A DNA stretch of 64,000 bases from Candidatus Rokuibacteriota bacterium (GCA_044866005.1 JBIOTN010000175.1:15261-79260), one strand, 5' to 3'. Counted from the first letter of the stretch, positions 56,555-64,000 are shown. Notes: generated from the letters alone by a model not told the origin. Numbers and translations: made by a program.

Positions 56555-57112
56555 TCACTTCGCCATCGTCGCGGGCCGCGGGCCGAGCAGCAGCTCCACG
56601 GCGGCCCGGCCCAGGGGACCATTCCAGTCGCGGGCGCCGGCCCCGGCGGCCCGCGTGACGCCCGCCCGATCCACGAGCACGTGGGTCGGCGTGAACCGCA
56701 CGCCGTAGCCCTGCGCCAGCTCGCCATCGCGATCGATCACGATCGGGAAGGTCAGCCGCATCTCGGCCACGTACGCCCTCACGCGCGCCTCGGGCTCCGA
56801 CAGGTTCACGCCGATCACCCGGAGGCCCACGTCGCCCTTCGCCTTCCACAGCGCCTCCAGGGAGGGAAACTCCCTCCGGCAGTGCGGTCACCACGTGGCC
56901 CAGAACATGAGGACGGTGGCGGCGCGGCCCGGCGAGGGCAGGCTGACCCGGGTCCCATCGAGCGCGACGCTCGTGAACTCGGGCGCCCGGATGCCACTGT
57001 CGAACCGGACGAGCCCGAAGGCGGCGAAGGGCTCGGGCCAGCCGGCCAGCCCGACCGCCGGGACCGCGATGACGAGGAGCGCGGCCAGCGCGGCCGCGAG
57101 AACGCGGGTCAT
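56555..57112 (-). CDS. Selenocysteine-containing TlpA/ResA-like thioredoxin (UxxC), 185 aa
   Basis: Signal or anchor sequence, APEF, then FWATW-TGA-PHCRREFPSL in frame with VIGVN..YGVRFTPTHVLVDRAG. The TGA is at 56888-56890. Confidence 0.92.
56861..56877 (-). promoter_or_regulatory. SECIS-like hairpin
   Basis: GGAGGGA-GUU-UCCCUCC, a perfect 7-bp stem with the loop 17 nt after UGA. Confidence 0.78.
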
Positions 57113-57852
57113 GGTTTCTTCGCCTCCACGAACGTCTCGCGAATGTAACGGACCACGCCCCGGATCTCGTCGTCCGAGAGGACGTGGCCGTAGGGCTTCA
57201 TCGTGTCGAACCCCATCGCCTCGATCGCGCCGATCCGGCCCTTCTTGATCAGCGCGAAGAGGAAGTCGTCGGAGAAGCGCTCCATGAACAAGGGATCGTG
57301 ATAATCGGCCGGCGCCGGCTGGATCGCGCTCACGAATCCGGGCGGGGCCGGCTGCTGGGGACTGGCTCGCGTCCCGTCACCCCGCCCCCCCGCCCCGTGG
57401 CAGACGGCGCATGCATCCTTGAAGATCTCGCGCGTCTCCTCGGACTGGGGCGCGCCGCTCCGGAAGGCGCGCTCGAAGGCGATGAGGCGCCGGACCTGCT
57501 CGTCCTCGAGCACGTCCTCGAACGCGGGCATGGCGACGGCCTGGAGCGTGGAGCCTTTCACCTCGCGCCGGAGGACCGCCAGCTTGCCGTACTTGACGAC
57601 CTCGAACAGATACTGGTCGGTCAGCCGCGACATGTAGTTTGTGTCGGTGAAGACCTGGGGCCGCGGCAGAGTGTTGAGCCACGACGGCCCCTTGCCGTCC
57701 CCGGTCTCGCCGTGACAGGCGAAGCAGATCTCCTTGTAGACGCTCTCGCCGAGCTTGATGTCGGCCGGCCCCGCCGGCTGGGCGGAACCGGCCGACCAGG
57801 CGAGCAGCAGGCCGAGGCCCGTTCCCAGGGCGCCCCATCGGCAGGCCCTCAT
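57109..57852 (-). CDS. Periplasmic diheme cytochrome c
   Basis: Signal peptide; CFACH and CAVCH in two duplicated domains, each with a candidate Met ligand (AMPAF, TMKPY). Confidence 0.92.
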   Translation of the reverse strand: MRACRWGALGTGLGLLLAWSAGSAQPAGPADIKLGESVYKEICFACHGETGDGKGPSWLNTLPRPQVFTDTNYMSRLTDQYLFEVVKYGKLAVLRREVKGSTLQAVAMPAFEDVLEDEQVRRLIAFERAFRSGAPQSEETREIFKDACAVCHGAGGRGDGTRASPQQPAPPGFVSAIQPAPADYHDPLFMERFSDDFLFALIKKGRIGAIEAMGFDTMKPYGHVLSDDEIRGVVRYIRETFVEAKKP

Positions 57853-57919
57853 GCCCTTCCCGGTCCGCGGCCCAGCGGTCCGGACGGGGGGAGACGGCGG
57901 CGCCGTCTCCCCGATGCCC

Positions 57920-58426
57920 CTAGCGCAGCCCGGTCTTCTTCTCGAGCTCGATCCGTTTCTGCTCCCACTCCTTCATCGCCTTGTAGACCTGCGGCGTGAG
58001 CGAGGTCACGTACGCGGTCAGGTCCATGTACTCCTGCGAGTTCGGATCCATCGGCTCACGGCCGAGGAAGACCGTGTTTCACATGTCGTTCAGCATGCCG
58101 ATGGTGGCGACGAACCCCGGCCCCGCGATCCGCGGGTAATGGAGCGCGGCGCCGTGCAGGTCCGGTGTCGGGATCGGCATCCGCGTCCCGTCGACCGCGA
58201 CCGCCGTGCCGCCGATGGTCCCGCCCCGCGGATGACACCCGGCGCACCCCAGCTCGTTGAAGAGCTTCTGCCCGCGCGCGATCGCGGCGTCGACGCTGTC
58301 GTTGGACTTGAGCGTCTCCATGTACACGCCGGCCTTGATCTCCTTCTTCTGCTGCTGCGCGAATGCCGGGGACACGAGCACCAGGAGGAACACCACGACG
58401 AGGGTTGCAGCCACGCGCTTTCGCAT
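57920..58426 (-). CDS. Selenocysteine-containing monoheme cytochrome c (TsdA/SoxA-like domain), 168 aa
   Basis: GGAGGT RBS, signal peptide, CAGCH (61-65), HYPR..ATIGMLNDM-TGA-NTVFLGREPMDPNSQEYMDLTAYVTSL..TAG. The TGA is at 58079-58081. Confidence 0.85.
58047..58068 (-). promoter_or_regulatory. SECIS-like hairpin
   Basis: UCC-UCGGC-CGUGA-GCCGA-U-GGA, with the loop 18 nt after UGA. Confidence 0.7.
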
Positions 58427-58431
58427 CGATG

Positions 58432-59505
58432 TCACCTCCCTTCCGCTTGCGGCTCTGCCTCGGCGGGACGCGACGCGCCGGTCGCGACGGCCGGCACCGT
58501 TGCCCGTCCCGCCACTGAAACGGCCAGCTCGCGCCACTGCCGGCCGTGATCGTCGCTGACGAACACGAGCCCACCGGTCCCGGCGTAGAGCCGGTCGGGC
58601 CGATGTGGGCTCGCCGTCACGAAGGTGATCGTGAGGGTCAGCACGTCCTCCCCGACCAGCGTCCACGTGCGGCCCGAGGGAGCGAGACGGTAGACGCCCC
58701 CGACCGTGCCGGCGAAGCGCTCACCCGTCTCCGTGGAAGCGAGCGAGAGCACCGTCAGGTTCCGCAGCCCCTGGGTCAGGGGCTGCCATTGGACCCCTCC
58801 GTTGCTCGTGACGAACACGCCGCGACCCGCGGTCCCCGCGTAGAGCGTCCCGGGGCGCCGTGGATCGAGCGCGAGGGCGCGGACACGGCGGTCGGACAGC
58901 CCCGCGACGACGGCCTCCCAGCGCGCGCCGCCGTCGTCGGTCCGGTAGACCCCGCCGAAGCCGGCGGCGTAAAGCCGGCCGGGCCGGGTCGAGTCGCCGC
59001 GGAGCACTCGGATGTCCCTCGAGTCGAGCCCCTCGTTCCGCCATGCCCACGTCGCCCCGCCGTCCGTGCTCCGCAGGATTCCCTGGTCGGTCGCCGCGTA
59101 GAGCGCGGGCGGCGGGCCCGGCCACGCGAGCAGGCTCCGGACGTTCCGCTCGGCGAGTCCCTCGCCGGGGCGGCGCCAGCTCGCCCCGCCGTCCCGCGAG
59201 ACGAAGACGCCGGAGTCGGTGCCGGCGTACAAGACCCCCGAGGCGGCCGGCGTGAGTGCGAGGACCGTCGGGTCGTCGAGCCCGCTCGACGCCCAGCGCC
59301 AGGTCCGCCCGCCGTCCACGCTCTTGTAGATCCCGCTTCCGAAGGCCGCGACGTAGAGCGTCTCGGGGTCGCGCGGGTCGAGCACGAGTTGCGTGACCAC
59401 GCCCCCGAAGGGCCCGCCGTGCATGACGACGTGGTTCGCCGCCGCGCCCGCCGCGCCGAGGGCCAGGAGGGACGCGGCCGCCAGGGCTCGGGCGAGTCGT
59501 GCCAT
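58432..59505 (-). CDS. Secreted BNR/Asp-box (YCF48/VPS10-like) beta-propeller
   Basis: Repeated S-x-D-G-G-x-T/S-W boxes and LYAGT motifs; signal peptide. Confidence 0.88.
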   Translation of the reverse strand: MARLARALAAASLLALGAAGAAANHVVMHGGPFGGVVTQLVLDPRDPETLYVAAFGSGIYKSVDGGRTWRWASSGLDDPTVLALTPAASGVLYAGTDSGVFVSRDGGASWRRPGEGLAERNVRSLLAWPGPPPALYAATDQGILRSTDGGATWAWRNEGLDSRDIRVLRGDSTRPGRLYAAGFGGVYRTDDGGARWEAVVAGLSDRRVRALALDPRRPGTLYAGTAGRGVFVTSNGGVQWQPLTQGLRNLTVLSLASTETGERFAGTVGGVYRLAPSGRTWTLVGEDVLTLTITFVTASPHRPDRLYAGTGGLVFVSDDHGRQWRELAVSVAGRATVPAVATGASRPAEAEPQAEGR

Positions 59506-59515
59506 CACGGGCCTG

Positions 59516-60250
59516 TCACCGGCCTTTGAACTCCACCGCCGCCCGGGTCTCGCCGCCCGCCGTGATCTCGACGTCGCGGGTCTGCGTCCCCAGCACCTCG
59601 TGCCAGAAGGTGACCCTGTACCGGCCGGGCGGGACGTCGGCGAGCGTGAACGCGCCGCTGTCGTCGGTGAGGGCGTGATAGGGGTGCGCCATGACGACCA
59701 GGACGGCGTGCATCCACTCGTGGACGTCACAGTTGACGGGGATGATGTCGGCGTGGTCGAGCTGGATGGTCAGGCGCCGCTTGAACTTCGGCTGCGCCTT
59801 GTTGAGCGCGGGGTTCGTCGCGCTGCCGGGGGTCCGGAAGTTGTGGAGGACCCCGTCGCTGTTGATGAGGGTGAAAGGCTGCCCCGCCCGGACCAGCAGG
59901 ACGTGGGGGTGAAACCAGCAGCCGCGCTGGTCGAGCTCCGCCGCGCCGCCCGGGAAGGGCTTCCCTCGCGTGACGCCGTCCAGGGAGACGACGACGTTCT
60001 TCACCCCCCCGGACGCGGAGCGCAGGACCGCGTCGGACGTCTTGGGCTCGCTGCCGCATGCTTCGGGGTCTCGCGTCACCGGCCGCTTGTCGGGAGGCGG
60101 GGTAGTCCCGGTCACCCGGACGGTCCCGGTCACCCGGCCGCCATTCTCGACTTTGACCTCCTCGTAGGCGACCGCTGGCTGTCCGGCCAGGAGGGCAGCG
60201 GCCAAGACGACGCCAACGAGGGCGGCGACGCGCCGCGCGAGACGGCTCAC
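59516..60250 (-). CDS. Secreted cupredoxin + carboxypeptidase-regulatory-like domain protein
   Basis: LDQRGCWFHPH, NSDGVLHN, CDVHEWM and DVPPGRY..WHE motifs. Confidence 0.82.
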   Translation of the reverse strand: MSRLARRVAALVGVVLAAALLAGQPAVAYEEVKVENGGRVTGTVRVTGTTPPPDKRPVTRDPEACGSEPKTSDAVLRSASGGVKNVVVSLDGVTRGKPFPGGAAELDQRGCWFHPHVLLVRAGQPFTLINSDGVLHNFRTPGSATNPALNKAQPKFKRRLTIQLDHADIIPVNCDVHEWMHAVLVVMAHPYHALTDDSGAFTLADVPPGRYRVTFWHEVLGTQTRDVEITAGGETRAAVEFKGR

Positions 60251-60368
60251 CCGATGCTCCCTCCTCGGGAAATCCGGTCCTGGGGCATGGCCCGGTAGAC
60301 AAAAAGGCCCCACACCCGCCGGCGCGGGACGCAGGCCGACGCCGCCGGCTGACGCACCCTGACCGGAG

Positions 60369-60394
60369 AACCGCCGGTCCGGCTCGCTTATTCC
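60369..60394 (-). promoter_or_regulatory. ECF-type promoter GGAAT-N18-GTT
   Basis: GGAATaagcgagccggaccggcgGTT, heading the cytochrome operon. Confidence 0.72.
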
Positions 60395-60424
60395 CGGCGA
60401 GCCGAGGCGGCCCGGACCGTGTTG

Positions 60425-60487
60425 CCGGAGCGAGGAGCCCGTCGTCCGGAGCGAGAAACCCGTCGTCCGGAGCGAGGAGCCTGTCGT
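60425..60487. repeat. Three tandem 21-bp repeats
   Basis: CCGGAGCGAG(G/A)A(G/A)CC(C/T)GTCGT three times, with no spacers. Confidence 0.9.
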
Positions 60488-60638
60488 GCGGGCACTCAAG
60501 CGGGGACCGCGCCGTTTCCCGGACCGAGCGCCGGGCAGTGTTCGCCTCGTTTCGATGCTAGACTACGGGCCGCTGCCCGATCGCGGAGGGGCTCCGGCAG
60601 GAGCGGGCGGGCCAGGACCCGCTCTGGTGGCGTGGCCG

Positions 60639-60664
60639 GGAATATTCAGGCGGTCGTCCCTGTT
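60639..60664 (+). promoter_or_regulatory. ECF-type promoter GGAAT-N18-GTT
   Basis: GGAATattcaggcggtcgtccctGTT(GAGGGGGC), with the same -10 context as the site at 53710. Confidence 0.75.
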
Positions 60665-60774
60665 GAGGGGGCGGGCCACCCGAACCGTCACCCAGGAGCT
60701 GGACCGAAGGGCAGCCCGTGTGAGTCGGCGCCCCGGGTCCGCAACCCCGTGGACGAGTGAAAGGAGGGCACTCG

Positions 60775-61968
60775 ATGACACACCGATGGCAGGCCGTCGG
60801 CGCCGCGGCGCTGTTGGGCGCCTCGCTGGCCGCCTGGCCGACGGATGGCCGAGCCGAGCTCAAGGTCGGGGTCAGCGGGTACATCAAGCTCGACGTCCAG
60901 TACAGCGACAAGCTGACGGGCAGCTTCCCCTCGCCGGCCCCGTCCGACACGCCGCTGGACTCCAACACGGACAAGGACCACAGCCAGACCATCATCGACG
61001 CGCGCCAGTCGCGGCTGCGGGCGACCTTCAGCGACGACATCGCGGGCGTCAAGACCTCGGGGCGCATCGAGGCGGACTTCTTCAACGGCGAAGGCACCGC
61101 CCTGACCTCGAACAGCCGGAACTTCCGCCTCCGCCACGCCTTCGTCCGCGGCGAGCACTCCTCCGGCTTCTTCGTCCTCGCCGGTCAGACCTGGTCCCTC
61201 TTCATGAACAGCGAGGTCGCCCAGCCGGACCTCGTGGACTTCAACGGGCCCGCCGGGCAGATCTTCGCTCGCCAGCCTCAGCTCCGGGTCGGCTACACGG
61301 TGCCGCTCGGGCCGCTCGGCGACCTCCTCCTCGAGGCCGATGTCGAGAAGCACTCCGTACCCGACTTCCGCGGGACCGCCGCGGCGCCTACCGCGGCCGC
61401 GGCCTCCGTGGATACCTCGCAGGGGGAGGGGCAGGACGTCCCGCTCGTCGCCGGCAAGGTGACCTGGCTCGGCAAGCCGGTCAAGGTCGAGGCGGCCTTC
61501 GCCTGGGCCCGGAATCGTGCGATCCTGACGGGTGGCGTCGACACGGACGAGAACGCCTGGGCGGCCGAGGTCAGCGCCGAGGTCACGTTCGGGCCGGTCA
61601 CGCTCTTCGGGCACTACCACCACGTCGATGGCCTCGGCCGCCTCGCGAACGGGGACTTCCCCACCGCGTTCCTGCTGGGCACCTCCATCGAGAACGTGGA
61701 GACGGACGGCTGGTACGCCGGGGCGACGTACCACCTCACGAAGAACACGGCCTTCACCGGCGTGTACGGCTATCACAAGGCGGACCGCAACGCCGGCTTC
61801 GGCGCGACCGCGCTCGAGAAGCACCAGTCCATCCACGCGAACGTCATCCACAAGTTCTGGGAGCGCTGGCAGGTGGGCCTCGAGTATCGGCGCTTCGACG
61901 TCGACGCCTTCGACGGCCAGGAGGGCGACGTCAACAGCGTCTTCGGCGCCGTCTGGTATTTCTTCTGA
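60775..61968 (+). CDS. Outer-membrane porin (DcaP-like)
   Basis: Signal peptide; GYIKLD, ARQSRL, IEADF, RLRHAF, AGQTWSLF and RQPQLR motifs; C-terminal YFF. Confidence 0.85.
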   Translation: MTHRWQAVGAAALLGASLAAWPTDGRAELKVGVSGYIKLDVQYSDKLTGSFPSPAPSDTPLDSNTDKDHSQTIIDARQSRLRATFSDDIAGVKTSGRIEADFFNGEGTALTSNSRNFRLRHAFVRGEHSSGFFVLAGQTWSLFMNSEVAQPDLVDFNGPAGQIFARQPQLRVGYTVPLGPLGDLLLEADVEKHSVPDFRGTAAAPTAAAASVDTSQGEGQDVPLVAGKVTWLGKPVKVEAAFAWARNRAILTGGVDTDENAWAAEVSAEVTFGPVTLFGHYHHVDGLGRLANGDFPTAFLLGTSIENVETDGWYAGATYHLTKNTAFTGVYGYHKADRNAGFGATALEKHQSIHANVIHKFWERWQVGLEYRRFDVDAFDGQEGDVNSVFGAVWYFF

Positions 61969-62030
61969 GATCCGCGGCCGGCCCGGCACTCCGGCCCGGG
62001 CCGGCCTCATCGTGTTACAGTAGGCGCCTG

Positions 62031-62792
62031 ATGCCCGGGCGACGGTTTCTCGCCGTGGCGCTCGGCGCCACGCTTCTCGCCGGCTGCGCCGCGGCCGACT
62101 CCGACACCCTGAAGGACATTCTCGGCGTGCCGGCTCCGGCGGCCGCGCGGCCGGCCGCCGAGACGCGCTGGGTCCTGGTCCAGAACCCCCGCTTCGGCGC
62201 CACGATGGCGGAGCCGGAGTACGTGTGGGTGGAGGAGGACCGGATCCCCGGTGGCCTCACCACGCTCATCTTCGGCAGGCAGGCCGTCCTCGCCCCGCAG
62301 GACGCGGTGCGACGCTACGGGCCGCCGCCGGGCGGCGGGCAGATGAGCCCCCTCCAGGGCGGACCGCCGCTGGCCTCCCGCAGCGACACGGCCGTCGTCG
62401 CCCCCGCCGGGCCCCGCGGGCTCCTCCGGTCCGAGCCCGCGCCGGCCGAGAGGGCGACGTCCCCGACCTCGCCGGGGCGCGCGGCGGCCGCGCGCGGAGC
62501 GCCGACGCCGGATCCGTCCCCCCGTGGCTACGTCATCCACGTCCAGGCCGGGCTCGTCGTCGTGGACCTGACCGCCGCCGACGGCCTCAAGCCGGGGTCC
62601 CGCCTGAGCCTCCGGCGCGAGCGCGTCCCGCTCGTCCACCCGGTCACGAAGGAGCGGCTCGGCGCGCTCGATGACGAGGTCGGCACCGCGCGCGTGATCG
62701 AGGTGCGGGAGCGGTTTTCGGTCGCGGAGATCGAGGAGACCCGCCCGGGATTCGAGCCCAGGGTCCAGGACCGCGCGGCCCTGAAGCCCTGA
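62031..62792 (+). CDS. Lipoprotein with a FlgT-C-like C-terminal domain
   Basis: Lipobox LAGC; GLKPG..HPVTKERLG..VRERFS. Confidence 0.7.
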   Translation: MPGRRFLAVALGATLLAGCAAADSDTLKDILGVPAPAAARPAAETRWVLVQNPRFGATMAEPEYVWVEEDRIPGGLTTLIFGRQAVLAPQDAVRRYGPPPGGGQMSPLQGGPPLASRSDTAVVAPAGPRGLLRSEPAPAERATSPTSPGRAAAARGAPTPDPSPRGYVIHVQAGLVVVDLTAADGLKPGSRLSLRRERVPLVHPVTKERLGALDDEVGTARVIEVRERFSVAEIEETRPGFEPRVQDRAALKP

Positions 62793-62873
62793 TCGAGGGG
62801 CCTCGACGGGCCCCCTCCGAATCCTCCCCCCCGGGAAACTTGCGGCGGCCAAGCCGCCGCTCGGAGCGGAACG
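62792..62873 (+). repeat. Two-hairpin REP-like repeat
   Basis: GAGGGGCCTCGACGGGCCCCCTCCGA..TTGCGGCGGCCAAGCCGCCGCTCGGAGCGGAACG. Confidence 0.85.
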
Positions 62874-62939
62874 TCGTGCGGTGGCGGTCAGGCCGAAGCC
62901 GGGTGCGCGGCCGGGAGCCGGGCCCGCCGGGCTGCGGCG

Positions 62940-64000
62940 TCAGGCGGTCCGGATCAGGCGCTGGACGGTTCGCTTGAGGCCGCGCACCGGCCGGCTGAAG
63001 CCCGGATGCGCCCACGCCCACGGTCGCACGCGGCCGCGCCAGAGGTGGGCCGCGCGCCCGCGGACGCCGCGCCAGCCCATGACGCGGACGAGCGGGAACG
63101 CGTCCCGCGTCCAGCAGAGCTTGTAGGCCTCGTCGCCGCGCCCGAAGTCGAAGACGTCGGCCGCGCCCGACGCGCGCACGTCCTCCACGATCGACAGCAC
63201 CAGAGCGTGGTAGGGCGAGTAGCGCGCGAACTCGACATCGTAGGCCCCGAGCCAGTAGAAGAGCCGCCGGCGGTATAGGAAGTAGATGCCGGTCGCCACG
63301 ACCCGGCTGCCTCGCACGAGGCGCGGCATGTAGAGCCAGCCGTGCCGGAACGCTTCCTGGGTCACCCCCCGCACCCAGCGGGAGTAGCCGGGCAGGTCGA
63401 GGCGGCTGACCTCTCCGCTGCTCCGCCAGCGCGCCCGGTGGAGGGCGCTGAGGTCCCCGAGCCCCTCGTCCACCTGCTCCGGGCTCTTCGGAAAGGTCAG
63501 CTCGAGCGGGCCCTCCCGGCGAAGGCCCCGGCGCTTCCGGGCCACGGTCGAGAGGAACGAGGGACTGGCCCCCCGACTCCAGTCGGGTGACGTGAGGTCG
63601 ATCACCGGGTTGATCGTCAGGGTGGTCGTCTCGACCCCGCGTCCCGCGCCTCGTAGCGCCTCGGCCACGGCCCCGACGCCGGGCGCGCCGCCGGGGAGAC
63701 ACCAGAGATCGACGAGGTCCCAGTCGCGGTCGTTCAGCATGAAACCGGCCAGCGCCCCGGCGAGCGCTTCTTCGCCCGGCGCCAGGAGGAGGTCGGCCAG
63801 GTCCGCCTCCTCCGAGCCCAGGAACTCACGCACGCGGACACCCGTGCGGCTCCGCGTCGTGCAGGTGAGCGCCAGCGCCACGAGCGCGCCGTCCCGGCGC
63901 GCTCCGGCGACGTGAAGCGTGCGGCCCGCGCCGAAGTGGCGCCACCAGGTGAGGACCCACTCCGGCGACGCGAAGAGCCCGGGGGCCGGCGCCGCCTCGC
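62940..64000 (-). CDS. CelD/BcsL-like GNAT acetyltransferase; 5'-partial
   Basis: The frame is open to the window end (FASPEWVLTWWRHFG); LHRARW, YSP and FDFGRGDEAYK motifs. Confidence 0.85.
   Translation of the reverse strand, partial: EAAPAPGLFASPEWVLTWWRHFGAGRTLHVAGARRDGALVALALTCTTRSRTGVRVREFLGSEEADLADLLLAPGEEALAGALAGFMLNDRDWDLVDLWCLPGGAPGVGAVAEALRGAGRGVETTTLTINPVIDLTSPDWSRGASPSFLSTVARKRRGLRREGPLELTFPKSPEQVDEGLGDLSALHRARWRSSGEVSRLDLPGYSRWVRGVTQEAFRHGWLYMPRLVRGSRVVATGIYFLYRRRLFYWLGAYDVEFARYSPYHALVLSIVEDVRASGAADVFDFGRGDEAYKLCWTRDAFPLVRVMGWRGVRGRAAHLWRGRVRPWAWAHPGFSRPVRGLKRTVQRLIRTA

Noticed and set aside
52072..58426. Three nonsense pseudogenes or six separate short ORFs, as the ORF track implies
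   Set aside because: All three stops are TGA, each falls on a predicted catalytic Cys column, reading continues in frame without other lesions, and each has a similarly placed hairpin.
54168..59518. Additional Sec read-through at other TGA stops in the cluster (54168, 54647, 57109, 58432, 59516)
   Set aside because: These proteins look complete at the stop, and a new gene or intergenic sequence follows with no recognisable in-frame continuation.
60425..60487. CRISPR array
   Set aside because: The 21-bp units are directly adjacent with no unique spacers, and no cas genes are present. The NPCAAK repeats are protein-coding.
1..64000. Genome-wide TGA reassignment (genetic code 4 or 25)
   Set aside because: Many genes clearly end in TGA, often in ATGA/GTGA overlaps with the next start, and Trp is encoded by TGG throughout.

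Overview
A very GC-rich bacterial window. Gene content and repeat style resemble Candidatus Rokubacteria/Methylomirabilota, but this is inference. Left to right it holds: (1) a surface-glycosylation operon (1-7682); (2) a lower-GC patch with an orphan Rhs core/C-terminal module, an unknown secreted protein, a second Rhs fragment and a broken IS481-like transposase (7700-10670); (3) a ~21 kb Wzx/Wzy exopolysaccharide locus with its own GAF kinase, sigma54 activator and two STAS proteins, near-consensus sigma54 promoters and a shared GTTGC-N10-GCAAC palindrome (10671-31734); (4) addAB and assorted housekeeping or unknown genes (31779-50960); (5) a ~11 kb redox cluster (51091-61968). The redox cluster is the main result. 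Three of its genes are split by the ORF track at an in-frame TGA that falls on a conserved catalytic-cysteine position and is followed 17-18 nt later by a SECIS-like hairpin loop. They are a CxxxxU flavin disulfide reductase, a UxxC TlpA-like thioredoxin and a TsdA/SoxA-like monoheme cytochrome c whose predicted axial Cys is Sec. The cluster also encodes di- and pentaheme cytochromes, NPCAAK Cys-repeat proteins, a cupredoxin, a beta-propeller, DUF302, a porin and gnd, behind four GGAAT-N18-GTT/GTC ECF-type promoters. A two-hairpin REP-like repeat occurs about seven times. All family assignments come from motif recognition, not database searches.
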